NCBI RefSeq assembly: GCF_006345805.1
Contig: NC_043006.1
Location: 36,146,001 to 36,210,000, forward strand
DNA length: 64,000 nt
Source of the DNA: Octopus sinensis
Taxonomy: Eukaryota
Direction: 5' to 3'
In this document: positions 1-12,821 of the stretch, one piece after another
How positions within the stretch are numbered: position 1 is the stretch's first letter
How the letters are laid out: each line of letters begins with the position of its first letter
The notes under the pieces: model-generated
Seen by the model: the letters and a program-made list of their open reading frames with translations, nothing else
Told to the model about the DNA's origin: nothing
The model's database searches: none
Translations under genes and position numbers: made by a program

Positions 1-1375
1 ATACTGCTTAGATTATAATTTTATTAATATATAATTAGCATGTTCTTTTACTTCGGTACTCCTTTATTAAATACCAGTAAATACCAATTGATCAATCTTC
101 ACAGATACCATCTAATAAGTTAGTATTTAAGTGTACAATATGTATAAATATTAAACCATTATGGATAATTTCTTTTCCTCCCTCTATTGGGGTAAAAGTT
201 TGGTATATACTCAAAAGTATTCATATATTTCTATCCTTTTGTTATAATATTCTTCTTAATAACCCTTTGAAAAACCTTAAACTTTAACTGTATACAATAT
301 AGCAATAGTGTTTAAAATATTTAACTATAGTACTACATGATAAGTCTTCCCCTGTTTCATTATCAATGGCCTGCTAGTGGTCGACCCCCTTAATTATCAG
401 TTAACATCTTTTTTAAGTTTTATTTTACCAAACCTCATGATATATTGCTTCTAATAAATCTTGATTTTTATGAATATACCAACTATGATGTCTGTCTGCT
501 CCCTCAGCCCTTACAAATACTGCCCTCTGTTCTCTCAGCCTTAGATATACAAGAGGCTTGATAAACTAGTCTATAAATTAAAACTGACCCTATAAAAACA
601 AAAAATCAGTGACAGGCAGAGTCTGTAACAATGTACATCTTCTTGGAAAATTCAGTAACTTCTAAACTGCAGTAAGACATGTTCTTCGTCTATCTCCTTA
701 ACTTCTTGGAGATTTTAGATATAATTATGCTAATATGCCCATCTGTTCTAATTTAATTAACTTTTATGTCTTTGTGCAGCTGAAAATTGCTCTTCATTTT
801 AAATTGATGTAAGGATTGCATTGTTCAATTAAACGGAGTTGTATGAAACGATTGTACTGCATTACCTGTGAATATCCTTGTTGCTTATTTTGATATATAT
901 ATATATATATACAAAATTAGGGAGTAGAGTTGATAAAATCCAAGCTATATATGTTTCATAGCTAGCAGAACCTCAGAAGTAGTAATTTTCCAAATGGGCT
1001 GGGGGTAGTCTGCTAACTGCTTGTCGGGCCAAAGATACATTAATCAAAACAAGTTAACATTTTCATCAAGGAATTCCCATATTGGAAAGCATAGAAATTG
1101 AGAAGAAAAGGGAAAGGAGATGGGGCGAAGAGGAGGAAAATTTAGTATTATCGAAGCTATCTAGGGAAATATCTTTGTAAATTTAGGCTGGGGTCTACTA
1201 TAGAATAAATAAGTAAATATATTGTGGCACCCTTTAAATACATTTAAGGAGTCAAAGAGTTGAGTCATATACATGTACACGCTTATACAAATGCATATGT
1301 TATACACACACAAAAAGCACACCCACACAAACAAACACATATACATACATATATGTGTGTCTACGTGTGTATGCA

Positions 1376-1413
<38 letters not shown>

Positions 1414-2300
1414 ATGGACTTCCGTGTTGTTCGTTTATGTGTGTTCATACCTAAAATGCAACGAAGTGTGTTTGACGAAACAATCAATATATTTAAAAAT
1501 CGGTTGAAAAATACTTTTAATTTGCTTCCCTGTCTTTCGTACTATTGGGTCAGCCGAAATTGCGAGGATGATCCAGTTCTTGACTGAGGATAAAAGGCTT
1601 CGAATGACCCGTCCTTGTTTTTTTGTATCGTCTATCTGGATGTTTGTTGTCCCTTTTTGTATCACCTAGTTGTCCGGATGTTTTGCGTTTTTGTCCCATT
1701 TTGTATTTTATTATACATATATATATATATATACATATACTATCCAGAGATCGAGGTGTAGGAAGAAAGTTAGCTTCAAGAAATCCGTAGTAAATATAAA
1801 AAAACAACTTTCAAGGTCAATAGTGGTTTATTGAGACAGAAGATTGTGGATTTTGTTTTCTTTTGTATCTTTTCAACTCTAGGTTATTAATCAGGCGATG
1901 CTATTCTTTTCTACACTAGGCGCAAGGTCTGGGGGGGGGTCTTTTTTTGTGGTGGTGATGGTGAGGTAGGAAGCTACTGGCACTTCATTAATCAACCCCG
2001 AAAAGAACAAGAAAGCCTCCTCAAAGTCAGATCTTTTTTTCAGATTACTGCACGAAACTTGGCAAGAAATTCCGCCAGAGAATATTCGTCATCTGATCAG
2101 TACTATACCTTATAGGATTCTTGCATTGAAAAATGCAAAAGGCATGTCTACTAAATATTAGATATTCACATTATAATAATAAATAAACAATCTGAATGTC
2201 TAATTTCAGATTTAAATAAATTTAATGATTACTGGAGTTATTTACTTCTGTTGTCTGTGTGTATGTGTGTAGAGTCCTATGTATACATTAGTAAATATAT

Positions 2301-2527
2301 ATTTCTTTACTACTCACAAGGGGCTAAACATAGAGGGGACAAACAAGGACAGACGAAGGGATTGAGTCGATTATATCGCCCCCAGTGCGAAACTGGTACT
2401 TAATTTATCGACCCCGAAAGGATGAAAGGCAAAGTCGACCTCGGCGGAATTTGAACTCAGAACGTAACGGCAGACGAAATACCGCTAAGCATTTCGCCCG
2501 GCGCGCTAACGTTTCTGCCACATCGTC
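2301..2527 (-). mobile_element. tRNA-derived SINE, family A (tail ...GTAGTAAAGAAAT)
   Basis: A/B-box-like head (GGCAGAA..GTTAGC; GAGTTCAAATTCC). Matches more than 10 other copies in the window; abuts (TA)n. Confidence 0.85.
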
Positions 2528-2545
2528 TTTATATTTGCCTCTATA

Positions 2546-3316
2546 TCTCTTATTATAAAAGGCAGATTTTATCTGCCTCCCTTTGTCAGTTATAGAAATC
2601 TACAATATAGGATTTCTTCAATTACAATTTACCTAACATTTTTAAGAGTAGAATGCATCGGGTCATGCCAGGTCCAGTTTTTAAAATTTAAACTCCAATT
2701 AAGCAAAATTTACAGAAAACTCACATTCTGGTGTGTATGTCAAATGCTTTTCTTAATGTGGTTTACACCACACACACACGCACACACACAGTGTGCAACG
2801 AATAAAGTGAAAGTAATTCACTGTGTGTGTGTTGACAGGTAGACAATAGAATGCGATGGCGATGGCGATGGCGATGTAATATTTGTTTCTGTCTATCACG
2901 CTGATAGATACATGAGTAAAATGTATGGCAAGCTAAGAGATAAGAGTGAGTGAAAATGTTCTTGGAAGAGAGTAAATAGCGACAGAGTGATTTGAGGAAG
3001 ACTAAACTGAAAGTATTTCTATAAAACGGATCACTCATGCTATCAACATAATTTCTCCCACTTTCTCTTTGCAAGTGTACCTTAAACCACTACTCAAAAA
3101 ATAAAAAAACACAGCAAACAGAAACAAATAAATACATAACGATTTACTCCTCACACAATTTCTTCAATTAGAGTTTACCTAAGATTTTTCAAAGTACTCC
3201 ATTCGGTCATGCCATAACAAATTTCTTTCAATTTCACCCCCAATTAAGACAAAATTCGAGAAAACTCAATATTTTAACATTTCACTCCGAAAGCATTGCT
3301 GTACATGTGTGCGTGC

Positions 3317-3407
<91 letters not shown>

Positions 3408-4200
3408 ATGGGTTGTGCGACACAGAAAGTGTGGTGTGTAAGTGAAGTGCTTTTGTTAGTGTGTGTAAAGAGATAGAGAGAGTGAAAGACAGAAATAACT
3501 GAACTTTTTTATTCACTTTTTGTAGTGAGTGACTGAGAGAGAAAAGAGAGAGAGAGGTTATGTATGTATATATGTATGTATGGCTTCAGTGACACACACA
3601 CACAAAAACACATACCTACGTACACCTAAAGCACGCACACACACACACACACACAAGCGGAGCGCGAACTTCAAAATTTTGGTAGTATTAATTTGCGAGC
3701 GTACTTCTAAGCGCGCGTAATTGAAAGTTTTCACTATAATATCATCACGTGCGAAAAAATTCGAAGGGTTTTGAACAATTGAGATACAGATGTCATGCCT
3801 GTATTGAAACCATTGCTAAGCTCCGTAATTGCTTAATTAAGACTTTGTTTAAATTGAAAGGGGCGAATATGTGACGAGGTTGAAAAAAATACCCCAGAAA
3901 AAAAATCTACTGCTGGTATTTATATAATTCACTACTATTTTGCTACAATGTCATGAAAAAGAAAAAATTTAGGTATGTACAACATATATTATACATTTTT
4001 TCTATTCATTCAACGAAAATAAAAAAATTGAATTCGCCACCCCCTTTTCCCCGTTCGCGTTTGTGTAAAAAAAATTATTATTTAAGTTTTAAAAATTATT
4101 TACTTTGTTCAAAAAATATTAATATTAATTAATTTTCAAGAATTATTTAATTTTATTCTGTAAAATAGTAATTAATTCATTTATCTATAAATCCGCGAGG
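2546..4200 (+). mobile_element. Stack of Helitron-like fragments with internal (TG)n/(CA)n
   Basis: A|TCTCTTATTATAAAA 5' end at 2546. Segments 2590-2720 and 3140-3270 are homologous to each other. The 3' end is not identified. Confidence 0.4.
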
Positions 4201-4518
4201 TTGTTACTCAGGCACCTAGAAATAGCAGCCAGATTTTTATATTCTAAATAATTTGCAATTTCAAAAAATATATTAATTTTGCGTTATTTAATTTGATAAA
4301 TTCTACGGAATAATTTTGCGCGTTATATACGTTCGCGTTTCTGTAAAAAAAAGTAATTATTTAAGGGCGATCGAGTATCGAGTACCTACGTCTGGCTCGC
4401 ACGCGCGAATCCACGTGTGCGCAACCGGGACCACTCTGCGATACAAGTACCCATATATACATCCATACATACATGTGTGTGTGTGTGTCTATGTATGTGT
4501 ATTAATGTGTGTGTGTTA

Positions 4519-4876
4519 TCTCTATATAAAGCTAAAGTTGTCTGTGTGCGCCACGTTTGGTAACCTTCAACTAACACTATCTCCTCCGAGACCCTGCAGC
4601 ACAAGTTGACCAAAATTGAGAGTATGATAGAAGAAGGGTTGCTCTTCCTTCCGTAGAACATAAAATTCAAATCGGACCATGTTAACACCAAAAATTATTT
4701 ACATCAAAAAGATGCTTTTTTCTATGAAAATCCCGATTTTTTACGATTTTTTCACTGCTGTGTCGCCACTTTTCGGTGTATTTCGACCAGAAAAATGTTA
4801 ACAAAATTTTTACTTTTCAAAATTACAATTCCAGCGGGTCGAAACAAACCCGAGCAACGCCGGGCGATACTGCTAG
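4519..4876 (+). mobile_element. Complete non-autonomous Helitron
   Basis: A|TCTCTATATAAAG 5' end; 3' hairpin CCCGAGCAACGCCGGG (4849-4864) then CTAG|T. This is the canonical A/T insertion site. Confidence 0.75.
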
Positions 4877-5226
4877 TGTTTTATAAATGCATGTATGTAT
4901 CAATTTTTGAACATATACATATGTGTATGTTTTTAGTGTGCGCATGTATAAGTGAATGATTGTATGCATTTGTGTGTGAATAATGTGTGTCTATGTATTT
5001 TATGCTTTTAGAATTATGTAAGTGAATATTTTATAAACAAACTAATATCTGTTTTTATTAAACTTATTTTTTTCCATTTATTAATTTACTCAGGGTATGT
5101 TTTTCCTTCTAAACTAAAAGATTCTTTTTAAGGTTTTCTTCGATTTTACACAATACGAATTTTAAACCTTTTAATTTTTAATGTATATCACCGTTTCCTA
5201 AAAAACCGTTAGCTGAAACGACCAAT

Positions 5227-5409
5227 GGAGGCGCAGGAGTGGCTGTGTGGTAAGTAGCTTGCTAACCAGCCACATGGTTCCGGGTTCAGTCCCACTGCGT
5301 GGCATCTTGTGCAAGTGTCTTCTGCTATAGCCCCGGGCCGACCAATGCCTTGTGAGTGGATTTGGTAGACGGAAACTGAAAGAAGCCTGTCGTATATATG
5401 TATATATAT

Positions 5410-5472
<63 letters not shown>

Positions 5473-5695
5473 ATGTGTTTGTGTGTCTGTGTTTGTCCCC
5501 CTAGCATTGCTTGACAACCGATGCTGGTGTGTTTACGTCCTCGTCACTTAGCGGTTCAGCAAAAGAGATCGATGGAATAAGTACTGGGCTTACAAAGAAT
5601 AAGTCCCGGGGTGGATTTGCTCGACTAAAGGCGGTGCTCCAGCATGGCCGCAGTCAAATGACTGAAACAAGTAAAAGAGTAAAAGAGAGAGAGTA
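5227..5695 (+). mobile_element. Full-length tRNA-derived SINE, family B (central TA/TG microsatellite)
   Basis: GGAGGCGCAGGAGTGGCTGTGTGGTAAG..GGTTCCGGGTTCAGTCCC head; tail ..GAAACAAGTAAAAGAG. Many homologues in the window. Confidence 0.9.
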
Positions 5696-5699
5696 ATGG

Positions 5700-6330
5700 A
5701 ATGAAACCAATTTCAGATGTGTATCTGTCAATGTAGATTGTATATTTATACATATAATCTTAATTCTTGTTCCATTCTCAATCAAAACTGTCCGACGAAC
5801 GGGAAGCGCAATTTCTTTTCCTACGAGAGTTCCGGACCCCAGTTATGAACTCATTTGCATACAGCCAATCAGAATTCAACTATCAAACTAATTTATGAAC
5901 GCATAACAATTGATGGGGTGAGCAAGTACATAAATATAAAACAAGGTGGGGGAAAATAGTACTCAAATACCGGAGGTAGAGTAATATGCTTTATTATTAA
6001 AGCTGCAAAAACATCACAAAAACTGCTGCTCAGAGTTTCACGTTCCCATTCGTCGGACAGTTTTGACTGAGAACGGAACAAGAATTAAGGTTATATGTAT
6101 AAATATACAATTTACATTGACAGATGCACATTTGAAATTGGTATAATTTCATTAGTCGTTTCAACTAACGGTTCTTTTTAAGAAACGGTAATATGCATTA
6201 GAAATTAAAAGGTTTAAAAATCGTATTGTGTAAAATCAAAGAAAACTTTAAATCAAAAAACAACTTTTAGTTTAGAAGGAAAGACAGATATACTCTGAGT
6301 AAATAAAGAAATGGTTAAATAAATTTAATA
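5700..6330. mobile_element. PLE-like terminal remnant with ~105-bp inverted repeat
   Basis: 5700-5806 is the reverse complement (~90%) of 6045-6152; carries a decayed hammerhead motif. Confidence 0.55.
6021..6063 (-). ncRNA. Degenerate type I hammerhead motif in a PLE-like terminal repeat
   Basis: Minus strand: AACUGU-CCGACGA-AUG(GGAA)CGU-GAAA-CUC-U-GAG-CA-GCAGUU. Stems I-III pair, but the core has U4>C and U16.1>C. Confidence 0.6.
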
Positions 6331-6332
6331 AA

Positions 6333-6680
6333 AACAAGAGCACCGAGAGAGCGCAAACCTCTGCCAAGGCAACACCAACGTCCTCTCAACAATCAGTAAG
6401 AGATGAATTTTAAAATGAGAATATCTGAAATAAACTCGATTGCTCTCACAAACGAAAATACTAAAAATGAATCCGACCGCTTTCAAAAATTAAGTAAAGA
6501 AAAAACGGAAAAATAATCCTGAATCCTTGTCCAGTACCGGATCAATCCCAAAATCTAATCAGTTCGCACCATCCCTGAAAGTTTCCTCTGAATCCATCCG
6601 GCGGTTCTTAAGATATCTTGTCCACGGAGAAACAAACAAACACGATTGAAAACCATATCTCCGCCTTGTCGAAAGTGGAC
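6333..6680 (+). mobile_element. Non-autonomous Helitron/HINE-like element
   Basis: Internal (CAAA)n and a decayed terminal GC hairpin TCTCCGCCTTGTCGAAAGTGGA; no ORF. Confidence 0.35.
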
Positions 6681-7707
6681 TCCATTTAATTGAACAATGT
6701 GCAATCATTACATCAATTTAAATGCAGAACAATCCTCAGCTGCATAAGGCATAAAATTAATTAAATTAAAACAGATGGACGCATTAGTATAAGTTTACCT
6801 AAAACCTCCAAGAAGGGAAGGAGATAGACAAAGAACATGCTGTCTACTCTTCAGCTTAGACGCTACTTAGGTATCAGGAAAAATAACTTGTTACAGATCT
6901 AGCTTGTCATTGTTTTATGGGGTCAGTTTTAATTTATAGTCTAGTTTATGAAATCTTTGTATATCTAAAGCTAAAAGAACAAGGAGCAGTGTCTGTTAGG
7001 AACGGTGCTGAGGGTGTCCACAGAAATTATAGTGGGTATAGTCATAAAAACTACTAAGATTAATTTGAAGCAATATAATGAGATTTGGTAAAGGAAATCT
7101 TAAATCAAGATATTAGCTGACAATTAAAGGGATAAGCAATTTGTAGACCATTGATAATGAAACAGGAAATTTTATCATGAGATACTAAAGTTAAATATTT
7201 TAAACAATATTGTCATATTGTATAAAGCTAAAATTTAGGATTATTCAGAAGATTATTAAAATAATATTATAACAAAAGGATAAAAAGTTTTTTGAATACT
7301 TTTGAGGATATACCAAACTTTTACCACAATAGAGGGAGGAAAAGAAATTACCTAGAAATAGCTTAATATCTATACATATTATATACTTAAATACTAACTT
7401 ATTAGATGGTATCTGTGAAGATTGATCAATTGGTATTTACTGGTATTTAATAAAGGAGTACCGAAGTAAAAGAACATGCTAACTATATATTAATTAAATT
7501 ATAATCTAAGCAGTTTATTTTAAGTAGTGAATATACCAGTATTGTTTTATATAAGCTAAGTATGAATTTATAGAGATACAAAAATTAGATTTATTTTGTA
7601 AATAAAGGCTATTATAAAATAATAAAATAATAAAATAATCAGGTAGGGCAGAACACCATAGAAAAGGAATAAAATAGCTTAAAACTAAAAACCATGAATA
7701 TATATAT

Positions 7708-8222
7708 GTTTCTTTATTACCCATAAGGGGCTAAACATAGAGAGGACAAACAAGGACAGACAAAGGGATCAAGTCGATTACATCGACCCCAATGCGTAAC
7801 TGGTACTTAATTTATCGACCCCATTAGGATGAAAGGCAAAGTCGACCTCGGCAGGGTTTGAACTCGGAACGTAACGACAGACGAAATACGGCTACACGTG
7901 CTAACGTTTCGCCCAGCTCGCCGCCTAGCCTCAGGCCGACCAAAGCCTTGTGAGTGGATTTCGTACACGGAAACCGAAAGAATACTGTCGTATATATGTG
8001 TATATTTGTGTATGTGTATGTGTCTGTCTTTCTGTGTTTGTACCCCCACCAATGCTTGACAACCGATGTTACTGTGTTTACATTCCCATAACTTAGCGGT
8101 TCGGCAGATGACACTGATAGAATAAGTACTAGGCTTACAAAGAATAAATCCTGTCGTCAATTTCTGCGACCAACGGCGGTGCTCCAACATGGCCGCAGTC
8201 ACATAACTGAAACAAGTAAGAC
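7708..8222. mobile_element. SINE A (minus, 7708-7926) abutting SINE B body and tail (plus, 7927-8222)
   Basis: Direct similarity to the copies at 2301 and 5227. Confidence 0.8.
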
Positions 8223-8247
8223 AATAATAAAATTATGCCATTTTAAT

Positions 8248-8276
8248 CCCGAGCAAAGCCGAGTATCTCTGCTAGT
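8248..8276 (+). mobile_element. Isolated Helitron-type 3' terminus
   Basis: CCCGAGCAAAGCCGAG followed by TATCTCTG-CTAG|T; same design as 4849-4877. Confidence 0.55.
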
Positions 8277-9684
8277 TTATTATAAAACTTGTAGTGAAGT
8301 AGGTGCTACTTCACTACAATATTTGAGGCCATTTACAGACTAACACAAATTTTAGAGAGACATACGCAGAAATACAGTTGTGGGGATGGCGAACTAACTG
8401 TAGTAGCTGCTAAGAGAATCTAAACAAACTTACTAAGTGACAACAGGAGAGAAAGAAGCGAGAAGTAGTCAGACGGAGAAAGATAATGTTGCCGAATCGC
8501 TTATGTAACGTGACAGCCTGTTTATCAGTACGATCGCCAAAACATTCCTTCGTACCGTTCAAACACATTTTGTAAGCCTGGTACCTTGCGTAAGTTTCAT
8601 ACGATTTTTTGGGGGTGGAAATGTTCTTGTTTATTGTTTTAACTCTTCCGTGCTCAGACTTAACTAGAACAAGTTAACATTGCCACCGCCATTTTACAGT
8701 GGGCGTTTTCGTTCTGAAGAATCAATTCACACAATGTTACAGTAAGAATAAGAACTACCTGTCATAAATCGAAAAATCCAGTCATTTTCTCAGGTAAAAA
8801 CATTATAAGAAAATTGGGATCTTTTCCTTTTGATAGCCAGATTTCAACACAATTTCTAGTTAACTAAACACTTTAAAACTTCGTATACTGGTAGAATGTG
8901 CTTCTAAAACATCATTTTTTCTTGGCTTTATTGAGAAAATTCTATATGTTGAGAGATATTTCGTCTGAAAATCCGAGTATTTTGGCAATTTTAACTAATC
9001 GATTACCTCCATTTAGGTAAACAACATTTGCTGCGTCTAAAACTGAGACAACATCTTGTAACTAACCCTAACCCTAATTTTTTTTTCTTAATTTTTAAAT
9101 TAATTTAATTGTTACGCGTGTAAAAAAAACTCGAAAGCAATGAAAAGTGATTTAAACAATTAACAATCAAAATTATAGAATTATTTTGATTGTTGATTGT
9201 TTAAATCACTTTAAAATTGCCAAAATACTCGGATTTTCAGACGAAATATCTTACAACATATTTGATGTTTTATAAACACATTCTACCAGTATACGAGGTT
9301 TTAAAGTGTTTAGTTAACTAGAAATTGTGTTGAAATCTGGAAAAGATCCGAAAATTTAAATTAATATAATATAATTGAATGTATAATATAATTAAATGTA
9401 ATATGAATATATAAATTTTTTAAATACATAAACTTGAAATAATAATTTAAAATTTAAATATGAAAATGAGTAAAATGAATAAAAATTTAACTTTGGCAAA
9501 ATTTAAAGCCGAAGGCTTTCTTATAAGTCGAATGTAAAATATGAAGGCGAAATACATATTTAAACTATAAATTATAATTTCAATTTTATATATTTTTAAA
9601 TTTATATATTTATATTACTTTTAATTATATTATATTAGTTTATTACACAATTTTGAGCGTTACTACATGTTTGTGTGTGTGTGT

Positions 9685-9720
<36 letters not shown>

Positions 9721-9729
9721 ACACACATA

Positions 9730-10260
9730 CCTCTATCGTTTGATATCTCCGTAACTTCTGCAAAACAGACCGATAGAATAAGTACCAGATCTTCAAAAAA
9801 TGTCCTGGGGCATTTGCTTCGACTGACACTCTTCAAATTTTAATTTTAATTTTCACTTCAAAGAGTCTTCTATCTTGAACTGCTTCCATTCATTGGGAAG
9901 TGGCCATGCTGGGGCACTGCCTTGAAGTGTTTCGTCGAACATATCGCCTCCAGTACTTATCTTTTAGGTTCTGGTACTTATTCTTTCAGTCTCTTTTGCT
10001 GAACCGGTAAGTTACAGACGTAGATAAAACAACACCCTTGTGAAGCGGTGGTGGAGACGAACACGAACACAATCACACACACATACACACACACATATAA
10101 CATATGTATATATGTATGTATTTATGTATATATGCATGCATTTATCTATGTATAAACGACAGACTTTTACTCAGTGTCCGTCTACCAAATTCCCGTACAT
10201 GGCATTGGGTGTCCAGGGCTATAACATTAGGTTATCTGGGGCTATAACATTAGGTTGTCG
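9730..10260. mobile_element. Diverged SINE B fragments on both strands
   Basis: GACCGATAGAATAAGTACC; GGCCATGCTGGGGCACTGCC; CCGTCTACCAAATTC motifs. Confidence 0.6.
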
Positions 10261-10261
10261 G

Positions 10262-10685
10262 GAAAGTTCGGAGCGTTTTTTAATATGCAAAAAGAGATAT
10301 CCTTCATGAACCGTACTTTTAGAAACTTCCAACGCCTCTGCAAGTTCTCTAGTCGTGATATTTAAATTTTCTTAGATTTTTGCCTTCAAAATATCTTCAT
10401 CCAAATTTGAAGGTCTTCCACTGTGATTGTCATCTTCCAAGCTAAACTCTCCAGCTTTAAATTTTGCAAACCACCTTCGAACAGCATCATCGCCATAGAT
10501 TTCACAAATGTTTTTGAAAGTCTTTGCAGCATTTTCTCCTTTTAAAAAAAAGAAAAGCATTATAACACGAATATGAAACTTTTGGTTATCCATTTCAAAT
10601 GTCAATAAAAGGTAAGCGGACTGGAAGATAAATCTATTTTTAGTCAAGAACAAAGAAGAGATGCAATTTCACTTCAAGCAACGTT
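10262..10685 (-). mobile_element. Mariner transposase 5' fragment (paired-like HTH domain)
   Basis: MDNQKFHIRVIMLFFFLKGENAAKTFKNICEIYGDDAVRRWFAKFKAGEFSLEDDNHSGRPS, the classic mariner N-terminus; ATG at 10593. Confidence 0.85.
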
Positions 10686-10759
10686 ACGTTTCAAGTGTGT
10701 GTGTGTGGTGTTATGTGTACACCTGCGTTACTGCCGATACACGTGTTTGTATTTGTGAG

Positions 10760-10894
10760 TGCATTTGCATTAGCTACCCGTGACTTCTTCAAGGTGACCG
10801 CGGTCTCAGATCTACTGAGATTCGCTTGCATTTGCATTAGCTACCCGTGACTTCTTTAAGGTGACCGCGGTCTCAGATCTACTGAGATTCGCTT
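10760..10894. repeat. 67-bp tandem duplication
   Basis: GCATTTGCATTAGCTACCCGTGAC... starts at 10761 and 10828. Confidence 0.9.
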
Positions 10895-11082
10895 ATCATC
10901 ACGTTGACGTTTATGGGTCTAGCTCTTTGTGTGGGAAAGCGGGAGGGGAGAACAAGATAAGTCTGTGCCTGAGCAACTGCATGCGCGTTCGTGTGGGTGC
11001 GCGCGCGCGTGTGGTCTAGTTGGTGTGTGTGCCTATGGGTATGTCTGTTTGAACGAGTGTTTGCCAATTAGAGTGCCTTCCA

Positions 11083-11114
<32 letters not shown>

Positions 11115-11120
<6 letters not shown>

Positions 11121-11504
11121 TATGAACATAATTATAATTAGGAGTCATCTAATTGCGTTACCACATACCGAATTTAGAAATTGCAGTTAAAAATTCCTTT
11201 TCTACTACTATAAGAACCTCCACGACTGTAACACACTTTTTTACGTAGGCAAAGAGAAAAACAATGAATCAACACGAATCCGATTAGTAGTTATAGTAGT
11301 AGAAAATAAATATTTTAAACTCCTATTTCTAAATTCGGTATGTGGTGAAGCAATTAGCTGACCCCTAATTATAATTATGCTTATAATTGTAGAATATTTG
11401 TATAATTTTACCTATAAAGATTATTTTAACGTACCGAGCTACTTGGTAAAATTATTAATTAATTGATAGATTAATTAATTTTAGCCTTTTATTATTAATT
11501 TGAA

Positions 11505-11546
<42 letters not shown>

Positions 11547-11930
11547 TATGAACATAATTATAATTAGGAGTCATCTAATTGCGTTACCACATACCGAATT
11601 TAGAAATTGCAGTTAAAAATTCCTTTTCTACTACTATAAGAACCTCCACGACTGTAACACACTTTTTTACGTAGGCAAAGAGAAAAACAATGAATCAACA
11701 CGAATCCGATTAGTAGTTATAGTAGTAGAAAATAAATATTTTAAACTCCTATTTCTAAATTCGGTATGTGGTGAAGCAATTAGCTGACCCCTAATTATAA
11801 TTATGCTTATAATTGTAGAATATTTGTATAATTTTACCTATAAAGATTATTTTAACGTACCGAGCTACTTGGTAAAATTATTAATTAATTGATAGATTAA
11901 TTAATTTTAGCCTTTTATTATTAATTTGAA

Positions 11931-11968
<38 letters not shown>
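11115..11968. repeat. Two apparently identical tandem 426-bp foldback units separated and flanked by (TA)n
   Basis: Units start at 11115 and 11541; each has ~65-bp inverted repeats (e.g. 11128-11195 vs 11310-11375). Confidence 0.9.
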
Positions 11969-11970
<2 letters not shown>

Positions 11971-12053
11971 CAAAGTGAAGTTGTAAGGTACCGCACGAGT
12001 GGAATTATATATGAAAGAAGGTTTGAAAATGCAATTTTAAAAGCTATTTATTT

Positions 12054-12094
12054 ACTTTACCGGTTTCACTTTTTAGAAAAAGATCGTCAAAAAT
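12054..12094 (-). ncRNA. Degenerate type I hammerhead motif
   Basis: Minus strand: AUUU-UUGACGA-U-CUUUU(UCU)AAAAG-U-GAAAC-CG-GUA-AAGU. Palindromic helix III ACCGGU; C3>U. Confidence 0.5.
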
Positions 12095-12459
12095 AACATG
12101 TAAAAGTTTGGTTATGTTAATTATTGGTTGTCACAAAATACTACAATACATATATACATTCTTTGGTAACAAGAACATGTTAAGAACACTTTACAAGGGA
12201 AAATCTTGGGAAAATATAAAAAAGTTTAACAAGTTCACTAAAATATTGGGCACAAAAGATTACAACATATATATACATATTCTCAAGAAAAGGTTAAAGA
12301 TAGTTTCCAGAAGGAATCATTAAAAAGTTCAGTGGAATATTGGTATTGTATCTCTATATATATACACACACAGAATATTATAAGTTCAAAAAAGTTTACA
12401 TTATAGTAGTAGGATAGCTTAAACTGGCCTGGTCCACCATGTTGTCGCAAAAGACTAAT

Positions 12460-12512
<53 letters not shown>

Positions 12513-12821
12513 AAAGGAATTCCAACTGTGTCTGTTTTTTTATGTTTTATTTATATTCTTTATAATATTAATGTAGAATATAAAATATATTGTATAAATA
12601 GTATATATAGTAAAATGAAATGACGTATTGATTGTATTATTGAATAGATGAAATACTGAATATCAAATATTAAGGGACTAGTATACTTTCTTGCATTAAA
12701 GCAGTCTTCAAGGTCCCCAGAAAATGGAGAAAACCTCAGATGAACAAACACATGAATTAGATTACATTTATAGCTTATTATTTAATACAAAACATGACAT
12801 AACATTTATGTGACATAACAA

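Noticed and set aside
1-685. A-to-G hyper-edited retrocopy origin for the divergence of the 1-685 / 6834-7513 pair
   Set aside because: The mismatches I compared are of mixed types, not dominated by A/G or T/C.
1551-1615. Possible hammerhead (CTGAGGA...CGAATGACCCGTC)
   Set aside because: GAAA is absent and stems I and II do not pair convincingly.
1161-5696. Short track ORFs rich in HT, IY, CV and VCM dipeptides (here and throughout the window)
   Set aside because: They are translations of (CA)n, (TA)n and (TG)n tracts and SINE bodies.
9062-9077. Interstitial telomere (CCCTAA)n
   Set aside because: Only ~2.5 units, lying inside a repeat element.
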